Virus record (IMG/VR): IMGVR_UViG_3300009163_000019
Reading direction: 5' to 3' (one strand)
Origin: a virus
DNA: 64,000 bases
Shown: piece by piece, positions 57,140 through 64,000 of the stretch
How positions within the stretch are numbered: position 1 is the first letter of the stretch
Layout of the letters: the number at the start of each line of letters is the position of its first letter
Position numbers and translations under genes: made by a program
Notes under the pieces: generated by a model
Database searches by the model: none
What the model was told of the DNA's origin: nothing
What the model saw: the letters and a program-made list of their open reading frames with translations, nothing else

Positions 57140-57715
57140 ATGAAACTAACTAAGATATTAGAAGGAATACTAAAAGAGAATCTACTCCAGTTTTATCATG
57201 GATCTACAGATAAGAATCTAGCAGGTAAGAATGGAATACATGTAGGATCTAAACTTGCAGCAACTCAAGCACTCCAAGCAAGAATAGGAGTTCCTGCTGA
57301 AGGTGAATGGGATGGTACAAGAGAATACGGTAAGACTAAACTAGCAGGAAAGAAAACCTTAGATAGAAGAGAAAAGGAATTAGGATATTTCTTAAAAACA
57401 GGATATAATACTCAATCTGAAGTACCTGAAGTACCTGAAGAAGATTATTACCCTGAAGACAGAGGTAAATTGCCAACTTATTCGGATGGTACACATATAA
57501 GTTTAGACTCTAAACCTATAATATTTCCTGTGAAGATCAAAGGACCGATGAATAATACCGTAAGAAACCCGAAGACAGATATGGCAGCAAACTCACTCAT
57601 GATGAGAGGACTAAGGAAAGGAAATGCCCGAAACGGATTCTATTATATAAATGATGGAGAAGATGAAGGATCAATATCTGCTGTAGTACCAAATAAAGAT
57701 TGGTTAAGTTATTAA
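57140..57715 (+). CDS. MKL-leader protein with H-type ART-like domain
   Basis: FYHGS...GIHVGS..AA...YINDGED. Confidence 0.55.
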   Translation: MKLTKILEGILKENLLQFYHGSTDKNLAGKNGIHVGSKLAATQALQARIGVPAEGEWDGTREYGKTKLAGKKTLDRREKELGYFLKTGYNTQSEVPEVPEEDYYPEDRGKLPTYSDGTHISLDSKPIIFPVKIKGPMNNTVRNPKTDMAANSLMMRGLRKGNARNGFYYINDGEDEGSISAVVPNKDWLSY

Positions 57716-57957
57716 AACGACTGGCTCAAGAAATAATAAAGGATATAATAAACACCAGAATGATAGATAAGAATATGGGTAATAAGAAAACCTCAACCCC
57801 TAATACTAATATAGAAAGTAAACCATTAACCCCAAAGGATAGAGAAGCCATAAGCCTGTGGATACTAAAGGCCAAACAAGACAAGGCACAAAGCTGGCTC
57901 GGTAAATGGTATTGGCAAATACGAATAGATAAGGAAAAGAATAAGAAGCAGGGCTAG
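57700..57957 (+). CDS. Hypothetical basic protein (start uncertain)
   Basis: ORF ending at a hairpin. Confidence 0.45.
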   Translation: MVKLLKRLAQEIIKDIINTRMIDKNMGNKKTSTPNTNIESKPLTPKDREAISLWILKAKQDKAQSWLGKWYWQIRIDKEKNKKQG

Positions 57958-57980
57958 AAGGATCTAGCCTTTCTCATTTT
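57952..57980 (+). terminator. Terminator-like hairpin
   Basis: GGCTAGA-AGGA-TCTAGCC then TTTCTCATTTT. Confidence 0.55.
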
Positions 57981-58040
57981 ATGTGAATCTGGATATAAGA
58001 GAATAAAGATATACTAAGAAAAAAAGAGTAGCCATAAAAT

Positions 58041-58090
58041 ATAAAGTGTAGAAGGGTGTTAGAATGTGTCAATTTGTGTTAGAAAGTGTA
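58041..58090. repeat. Five 10-bp-phased GTGT repeats
   Basis: GTGT at 58046, 58056, 58066, 58076, 58086. Confidence 0.75.
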
Positions 58091-58135
58091 GAAACTAGAA
58101 TCTATAGGAAGTAGCCGTATCCTGCCCGCGTCACC

Positions 58136-58281
58136 TAAGTGATTGATTATCAACGGGTTAGGAATTATAAATAAAGATATACATAACTGATTGGTTACCA
58201 ATAAAAACTTTCAAAAATAGTTACTCTAAAATTTTTTTATCTGACGGATTTGTCTTAATTTTACTATGTAACAAATCAATA
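58136..58281 (+). promoter_or_regulatory. Early-promoter cassette copy 4 (two boxes)
   Basis: Boxes at 58136 and 58184; core at 58256. Confidence 0.7.
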
Positions 58282-58590
58282 ATGACTATGGACAGAATGA
58301 CTATCCGCCTTACCTCCTCTAGATCTTATGCAAGACTTGCTAAAGCAGTAATTGACATGAATAAGAATATCTATGGCAATGAGATCTTTGCCGAAGACAG
58401 GATCGAATTTAAAGATGCTTATGATGCTGATGGGAACCTAACCCACTTTGAGATCACGGGAACAGCATTAGATATGTTCCAGATCGGCCTAAGATATGGA
58501 CACATGGAAGAAAGGGAACACCTATCACCTTATTTAAGAGATATCTACAAAGACATCTTTACTCCTACACCAGAAACCATTGCACAGTAA
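58282..58590 (+). CDS. Hypothetical early protein
   Basis: First gene after the cassette. Confidence 0.65.
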   Translation: MTMDRMTIRLTSSRSYARLAKAVIDMNKNIYGNEIFAEDRIEFKDAYDADGNLTHFEITGTALDMFQIGLRYGHMEEREHLSPYLRDIYKDIFTPTPETIAQ

Positions 58591-58612
58591 TTAAAAAATA
58601 AAAATATATAAT

Positions 58613-58825
58613 ATGAAGATGAATGAATTAAAGAGGCTAGCGACAATGACTAGCACACAGTATCAGACAGAGAATCCTAATTATGAACCAATGTTCCCTG
58701 CCGGTTGGGAAGCCGATAAGAATTGGCCAGACCTATCAGTGAATAACTATGACAGCTTCAGATCTACCCAGATCCAGATCGATGACTATCAAGAACGTAT
58801 GGCTGGCTGCTACGATACAGAATAA
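58613..58825 (+). CDS. Hypothetical protein
   Basis: Co-oriented ORF. Confidence 0.55.
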   Translation: MKMNELKRLATMTSTQYQTENPNYEPMFPAGWEADKNWPDLSVNNYDSFRSTQIQIDDYQERMAGCYDTE

Positions 58826-58917
58826 AAGTGTGGCACTTAGAAGATCGGCAATAACAGGTTCAAAAGATTGTCTTATATTTACTATATAACAATTAGCAAT
58901 AAACAAAACAAACAGTT

Positions 58918-59163
58918 ATGCAAAATTCAAACAGGCCTTCGAGCTACCAAAAGTTGACTTACATCCAAAAGGTAAGTCGTATTAATCGCAAGCTCCGTAC
59001 TGGAGACATCACAACCGTAGCTGAGACTACCGGTTTTTCTACTACTCACGTATCTGACGTGATCTCTGGTAAGTACTTCAACGACAAGATCGTTAATGAA
59101 GCTTACGACATGACGCGTGGTCGTCTGTCAAATGCTGTTAAGCTTACTAGCTTAGAGGCATAG
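58918..59163 (+). CDS. HTH DNA-binding protein
   Basis: DITTVAETTGFSTTHVSDVISG; own promoter core TATATTTACTATA and terminator. Confidence 0.7.
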   Translation: MQNSNRPSSYQKLTYIQKVSRINRKLRTGDITTVAETTGFSTTHVSDVISGKYFNDKIVNEAYDMTRGRLSNAVKLTSLEA

Positions 59164-59188
59164 TCTATTCACTTTTATGATTTGTTAC

Positions 59189-59219
59189 CGGCCTGGGGTT
59201 TCTACCCTGGGCCTTTTTT
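59189..59219 (+). terminator. Intrinsic terminator
   Basis: GGCCTGGGGT-TTCT-ACCCTGGGCC-TTTTTT. Confidence 0.85.
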
Positions 59220-59220
59220 A

Positions 59221-59372
59221 TAACCCATTGATACTCAATACTTTATAACCCATTGATTTCCAATGCTTTATAACTAGTTGATTGCCAATAAAAACTTTTG
59301 GAAAACACTAAAATAAATTTTTTTATGTCACCGGAATGGCTTAATTTTACTATATAACAAATCAATAACAGT
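59221..59372 (+). promoter_or_regulatory. Early-promoter cassette copy 5
   Basis: Boxes at 59221, 59246, 59271; core at 59342. Confidence 0.75.
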
Positions 59373-59795
59373 ATGACACAGATTATCAACACAACAAACA
59401 TTCAAGAAATTGACTTTATCACAGGTAGAACAGGAGAGTACAGAGCTATATCAAAGGTTAGAGCCGGGTTCATGGTAGTGGTTGAAGATCTAGGGATCCA
59501 AAATAAATGGTCTACAGGAGCCGAGTGGAAGAAGGCTATCGATGTTTTCAGAAGCTTTAAGAAAGGTGCACTCCAAACAATCCAATTCCGTGCAGAAGGT
59601 ACAGATCATTGGTTGACTGTATTCGCCAAAGCAGGTACTAAGATTAAGATCATGGATGCTCAGATGTTCAGAGATATGGAAGTTGGAGACATCAATCAAA
59701 ATTGGAGTAACACTAATCTCTGTGATCAGAAACAATATGCCATGGTAAATGCCAAGACTTGGGCAAGTAAAGCATTTGTTAAGAATGCTGCCTAA
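59373..59795 (+). CDS. Hypothetical early protein
   Basis: First gene after the cassette. Confidence 0.7.
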   Translation: MTQIINTTNIQEIDFITGRTGEYRAISKVRAGFMVVVEDLGIQNKWSTGAEWKKAIDVFRSFKKGALQTIQFRAEGTDHWLTVFAKAGTKIKIMDAQMFRDMEVGDINQNWSNTNLCDQKQYAMVNAKTWASKAFVKNAA

Positions 59796-59862
59796 CTCTA
59801 AAGATAAATTTTTTACTCTCAAAATAAAGTCTTATATTACATTATAAATTAAAATAAAGGTT

Positions 59863-60666
59863 ATGTCAAAATTATCAATGTCAGCTATCAGTCCTATCAG
59901 TTTAGAAACAGCAAGAGAACAAGCACCAGCTATCTTCGCAACCTCACCGGCTCCTACAATCAAGAGTCCTAAGTATCAGTTCACACCTACCTTCGAGGTT
60001 ATTGACCACATGAAAAACATGGGGTACGAGTTAACAGCTGCTAAGCAGTCTAGATCTGGAGTAGACCTTCGTAAGAATTGGGGTATCCACATCACTGAGT
60101 TCCAACATCCTGATCTCTACATCAAGGATCCTCAAGGTGATATCGAGGCACGTCCAACAGTTGTACTAATCAACTCTCACGATGGTACACGCCCACTTCA
60201 ATTTGAGATGGGTCTCTTCCGTCTTGTATGTTCTAATGGTCTGATCATCAAAGACAAAGACTTGGGATCATTCCGTGAAAGGCACACTAAGTACAACTTC
60301 CAAGAGGTTAAGGACCTGATCGATTCAAAGGTGTCTGGACTTCAAGATGTTGTGGGTAAGATAAGCCAATGGAATATGGTAGAGATGACAGACAAACAAA
60401 GGTATCAGTTTGCTGTAGAAGCCTTGGCCTTAAGATTGAATACCGATCGTCAGCCTGAACAGTACGAGGTACTAGATATCCTTAACGCTAAACGTAAGGT
60501 AGATGCCCAACCTACACTATGGCACACCTACAATACCGTACAGGAGAACCTGATCAAAGGCGGCTTCCAATTGAACAACCGTCAGGCTAGGGCTATCAAA
60601 AACCCTGTAGAGGATCTAGTTCTTAACCAAGGCCTATGGCAGTTGGCTGATGCTTACGCTAACTAA
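59863..60666 (+). CDS. DUF932/DUF945 family protein
   Basis: LINSHDG, GLFRLVCSNGL, LW..YN.VQENLIKGG, LN..LW. Confidence 0.88.
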   Translation: MSKLSMSAISPISLETAREQAPAIFATSPAPTIKSPKYQFTPTFEVIDHMKNMGYELTAAKQSRSGVDLRKNWGIHITEFQHPDLYIKDPQGDIEARPTVVLINSHDGTRPLQFEMGLFRLVCSNGLIIKDKDLGSFRERHTKYNFQEVKDLIDSKVSGLQDVVGKISQWNMVEMTDKQRYQFAVEALALRLNTDRQPEQYEVLDILNAKRKVDAQPTLWHTYNTVQENLIKGGFQLNNRQARAIKNPVEDLVLNQGLWQLADAYAN

Positions 60667-60669
60667 TCT

Positions 60670-60830
60670 GGTTAGAGTGGCGAGGTGCTAGTGCCTTACT
60701 AGTGCCTTGCTCTCGACCTTTAGCATCGAGCTAGCATGATGGCAAAGGGATAGTTCTTGTAGATAGGGGCTTGCTGGCAGGGGGCCCCGCGTTGACCCAT
60801 CCTGCACACCGGGGAAATTCCCAAAACCCC
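60670..60830 (+). ncRNA. GC-rich structured intergenic element (candidate ncRNA)
   Basis: 13-bp stem 60680-60692/60698-60710 with three G.U pairs, plus further hairpins. Confidence 0.45.
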
Positions 60831-60854
60831 ATAAAATATAAATATAAATTTACA

Positions 60855-61067
60855 ATGGATAATAATATAATAGACTCACTAAAGCGCTTAAGAGAAAACA
60901 CGACCTTCATAGAGTTTGATGATATCCTTAATAATATAAAAAGAGCAAATGATCTTGGTGATCTAGATCGATACCTAGATTCAGTAGAATTTCTAATAGA
61001 TGCTAAAAATTGTGATCTAGCCGAAGCCTTTGAAAAAGCAATTGTTGATCTCATTTCAGAACCGTAA
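60855..61067 (+). CDS. Hypothetical protein (start corrected to ATG 60855)
   Basis: A-rich leader before MDNNIIDS. Confidence 0.55.
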   Translation: MDNNIIDSLKRLRENTTFIEFDDILNNIKRANDLGDLDRYLDSVEFLIDAKNCDLAEAFEKAIVDLISEP

Positions 61068-61098
61068 GCGATTTTTAAATATATAAAAAATAAAAGTT

Positions 61099-61392
61099 AT
61101 GTCAAAGAAACTATTTGAAAAGGTCTATCCGTTTGGATTCGAAGTTAATAAGTTTGAAGGAGATCGGAACTACACTATTACCGGAAATCTTAGAAGAGAG
61201 TATTGCTTTAAGGAATACGGTAGTAACTATGATGTTGAGGAACATATACAGGAGCATATAAATTGTGAAGGGATCGGTTTTGATTCAGAGTTCAGCCAGT
61301 TTTTCGCTTATGCGGATACAGAAGAGAGAGCCATACAGTTTTGTGAAGATATCCAGGCTTGGTTTGGGAATATAAAAGAGTTAGTAGGTTAA
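61099..61392 (+). CDS. Hypothetical protein
   Basis: Consensus leader. Confidence 0.65.
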   Translation: MSKKLFEKVYPFGFEVNKFEGDRNYTITGNLRREYCFKEYGSNYDVEEHIQEHINCEGIGFDSEFSQFFAYADTEERAIQFCEDIQAWFGNIKELVG

Positions 61393-61421
61393 TAATTAAA
61401 TAAAAACAAAAACAGAATAAC

Positions 61422-61565
61422 ATGAGCGAATTCAGAGTCATTTCAACAGTCAGTCTTGAGAATTTTTCAGAAGTAGTAACAAAGTATCTACAACAGGGTT
61501 TTGAGCTTTGGGGAGATCCATTCTTTGCTAATGGTAATTTTTGCCAGGCTATAACTAAAAAGTAA
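61422..61565 (+). CDS. DUF1737-like small protein (not in ORF track)
   Basis: FRVIS...VTKYLQQGFELWGDP...FCQAITK. Confidence 0.6.
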   Translation: MSEFRVISTVSLENFSEVVTKYLQQGFELWGDPFFANGNFCQAITKK

Positions 61566-61568
61566 TAT

Positions 61569-61730
61569 ATGTCAAAATTACTTATAACAATCTTGGTTAT
61601 TTGCCTAATCAGTACGATTGCTATATTTGCCTTTGTTAGATCCGGTGAATGGTTAGTGGAAAAGTTCCCCCATTCCGGGTTTAGCAGATGGTGGAGAAGA
61701 AACGTAGTAGATAGAGATCCTTGGGAATAA
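61569..61730 (+). CDS. 53-aa membrane protein (not in ORF track)
   Basis: N-terminal TM; FSRWWRRNVVD. Confidence 0.55.
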   Translation: MSKLLITILVICLISTIAIFAFVRSGEWLVEKFPHSGFSRWWRRNVVDRDPWE

Positions 61731-61753
61731 TAAAATAATAAAAAATAAAAGTT

Positions 61754-61996
61754 ATGGAAGTTTTAGAATTGATAAAGCAATTGAGTAAGGAAGAGATCCG
61801 TGAGTTATTAGGCTACCTAGAGCAACTCAATGAAGCAGGCCTTATAGAAGAATTTATCTACAAAGTGGATCCGGAAAGGGTAGCCGAGACTATGTATTAT
61901 GCCTATTATGATCTCATGATCGATTCCGAAACCGGGAAATGGAAGCCCGAATTCCAAAAGCTATTCCCAAGCCCGGGGAAAGATCCAATCTATTAA
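61754..61996 (+). CDS. Hypothetical protein
   Basis: Consensus leader. Confidence 0.6.
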   Translation: MEVLELIKQLSKEEIRELLGYLEQLNEAGLIEEFIYKVDPERVAETMYYAYYDLMIDSETGKWKPEFQKLFPSPGKDPIY

Positions 61997-62094
61997 AAAG
62001 AATAAATATGAATTTATGGTTCAATTTGTGATCATTTGGTATCTAGTATTCGCAGGCACACTATTTGTACTAGAATGTTACCGATTCTTTAAAG

Positions 62095-62379
62095 ATGGCT
62101 ATAATGAAGAAAACTAAACACTATTTTTTAAAAAGCTTTAAATCCGAATTTATGAAAAAAGAGAAGATTGACTACACACCTCATTTCTTGACACATGTTC
62201 CAGGAGGCCGGAGGTTAGATATCGTATACCAATCAGGTAAAACCTTTAGACAGAATAACTGCCACTATCCAGAAAGGTACGTTAGGACTTTAATAGATAA
62301 ACCTGAATTGGAACCAGTTCGTGAGGCATACTATAATGGAAAACCTTTTTACTTCAATGGTAAATTCAATTTCTCATGA
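62095..62379 (+). CDS. Hypothetical protein
   Basis: Co-oriented ORF. Confidence 0.55.
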   Translation: MAIMKKTKHYFLKSFKSEFMKKEKIDYTPHFLTHVPGGRRLDIVYQSGKTFRQNNCHYPERYVRTLIDKPELEPVREAYYNGKPFYFNGKFNFS

Positions 62380-62548
62380 AGAGGCGAGATCGATTAAATA
62401 GGCTAGAGGATCTAGGGTTTTATATAGCCATGATGTTTACCTCTATAATAATAGGTTTCTTTATACTAGGTGCCATTGGAAAGATAGCCTCACTTTTTTG
62501 GTAATTGATAAATTTGTATATATGATATTTTAGGGCCCCTTCAAAAAC

Positions 62549-62845
62549 GTGCTTTTTATGACATTCATAATTGTTTTACTTGCTGCAAGTATTATTATTG
62601 GTATAGCTTATTGTCTTAGAAAATTTCTATGGTATATAACTTGGTTTCTATTTAGTCTAGCTATGCTAGGGCTTCCTGCCATGTTCATAGATCTTGAGAT
62701 TGGCTTATCAATGATAATCTATGGCTTAGTTATATTGCTAGGAACCTGGCTACTCATATACGCGTCTGCGGCTATTGTTGCCTTTGTTGCTATACCTATC
62801 GCTATTCTTGTAGCTTTTTTTAAAAGCATTTTTAAAATACGCTAA
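62549..62845 (+). CDS. Multi-TM membrane protein
   Basis: Almost entirely hydrophobic. Confidence 0.6.
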   Translation: MLFMTFIIVLLAASIIIGIAYCLRKFLWYITWFLFSLAMLGLPAMFIDLEIGLSMIIYGLVILLGTWLLIYASAAIVAFVAIPIAILVAFFKSIFKIR

Positions 62846-62871
62846 TATTTATTAATAATAAAAATAATATA

Positions 62872-63123
62872 ATGAGTAAGAAATTTAACTATGAAGTATA
62901 CCTGAGAAACAATCCTCTACTTTCAGAAGCTTCGGGAGAAGACGAAACAAGCTCCGAGTGGCAAGAGGGCAGGATGATGATGATAGGTGGAGATAAAATA
63001 GGCAGCGCAGTAGAAGATCTATTACAAAATAAGTACGCTCCTGAAGACATTTTAAAACTGTGTCAAAAGATCGTAGATCAAAAACAGAAGCGCATGCAAG
63101 ATTATCAAAACAAATTAAAGTAG
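62872..63123 (+). CDS. Late-type protein with F....YL.NN.LLSE leader
   Basis: ATATTTAT at 62845; MSKKFNYEVYLRNNPLLSE. Confidence 0.65.
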   Translation: MSKKFNYEVYLRNNPLLSEASGEDETSSEWQEGRMMMIGGDKIGSAVEDLLQNKYAPEDILKLCQKIVDQKQKRMQDYQNKLK

Positions 63124-63174
63124 AAAAATTCCGAGTTTTTTACTAAAAAGAATTGACTATATAAAAATAATATA

Positions 63175-64000
63175 ATGGCAGAAAATTTTGATATTGCAAA
63201 ATTCCTTAAAGAGAACGCTTTGGGTTCTTATGGAATCTTAGGTAATTATGTAGACCTTAAACCTCTTAAAGAAGATGATGGATCAGGTTTTTCTGGAAAG
63301 ATCAGTTTAGATTATTATGATCATCCAAGTATCACTAACTCATTTCAAAAAAGAGCAGTTAAAGCATTTCAGAAGTACATAGCATCTGAATTTAATGGCA
63401 CTGCTACTGTATTAAAAGATTCTTTTGATGAGATCATTTTCCAATTATCAGGTCTTCAAGGAGTTTCTTCTATCGAAGATGTTATAAGCGCATACAAAAA
63501 AATGAGAGCCGACGAAATGAATAAAGATTTTCTAGATTCAGGTGGTCCTTTTTCAATTCTAGCCTCTTGGATGGTATCTAAACCAGAAAAATATGTTACT
63601 GATGATTCTGATGATGATAAAGGTTGGGGTAATGATGACGATTCTGAGAACAAGAGTTCTTATGTCACTGATTGGTCTGACGACGAAAAAGGTTGGGGCG
63701 ATGATGAATTTATAGTAGAAAAAAAAAGTGAAAGCAAGGATAAAAAAGTAGATGTTTATAATGCTGATGAGATTATTTACATGGGAGAAGAACCACTAAT
63801 GGTGGATAAAAAAACTACTATCAAAAAAGGAGACGCCTTAGATTCAGATAAGTTAGTAGATGATGACACTAAATATAGAAGAGCCATACTCAGTGTCGAT
63901 GGTCCACAGTTTAAATACAAAAATCAAATGTATATTTTATATGATATAGATCCAGAAGATGATCGTTATGGTTTTGATGACGATGATGATTATGAATCAG
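63175..64000 (+). CDS. Acidic protein, 3'-truncated by the window (not in ORF track)
   Basis: Open from ATG 63175 to the window end; MAENFDIAKFLKEN...; internal repeat YVTDDSDDDKGWGNDD / YVTDWSDDEKGWGDDE. Confidence 0.8.
   Translation, partial: MAENFDIAKFLKENALGSYGILGNYVDLKPLKEDDGSGFSGKISLDYYDHPSITNSFQKRAVKAFQKYIASEFNGTATVLKDSFDEIIFQLSGLQGVSSIEDVISAYKKMRADEMNKDFLDSGGPFSILASWMVSKPEKYVTDDSDDDKGWGNDDDSENKSSYVTDWSDDEKGWGDDEFIVEKKSESKDKKVDVYNADEIIYMGEEPLMVDKKTTIKKGDALDSDKLVDDDTKYRRAILSVDGPQFKYKNQMYILYDIDPEDDRYGFDDDDDYES

Noticed and set aside
60771-60854. TTG start at 60771
   Set aside because: The extension runs through the GC-rich structured element; ATG 60855 has a typical A-rich leader
1490-63653. 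All minus-strand ORFs in the track (e.g. 1490, 16239, 24144, 43634, 55603, 59490, 60731, 63456)
   Set aside because: Short antisense shadows of well-supported + strand genes or RNAs, with no motifs or leader signals

Overview
This 64-kb AT-rich window comes from a large dsDNA phage (Caudoviricetes). It has no integrase or host housekeeping genes, and essentially all real genes are on the + strand in the standard code. The host is probably Bacteroidota: the tmRNA tag ends in YALAA, there are Bacteroidota-type lipoprotein signals, leaders are A-rich and mostly lack an SD, and promoter cores are TAnnTTT. Layout: (1) 1-4.9 kb is a DNA base-modification locus with an aGPT-Pplase-like amino-acid:DNA transferase, a PLP enzyme, dUTPase, dCMP deaminase and a thymidylate-synthase homologue carrying dCMP-hydroxymethylase signature residues. 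(2) 6.4-10.7 kb holds a secreted nuclease, thioredoxin, GH19 endolysin and membrane genes, plus a GT2 + PlcP-like pair. (3) 10.8-12.3 kb is an RNA cluster with tmRNA, two aberrant tRNA-like RNAs and boxA-like motifs with a complementary downstream site. (4) 14.3-35.6 kb is a glycan island including RfbH + ThDP enzyme + DmpF/DmpG + SDR, an apparent erwiniose/yersiniose-type acyl-branched sugar pathway. (5) 37.5-64 kb has many small early-type genes driven by five copies of a promoter cassette with tandem 25-bp IHF-consensus palindromes, plus UvsE, GH73, a third tRNA-like RNA, and late-type genes sharing an MKL(S/T)KIL leader that include two ADP-ribosyltransferase-like proteins. Leading novelty candidates are amino-acid hypermodification of cytosine, the phage-encoded branched-sugar pathway, the IHF-box promoter cassettes and the tRNA mimics with an rRNA-like boxA stem. 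All family calls come from motif recognition by eye; no database searches were run.
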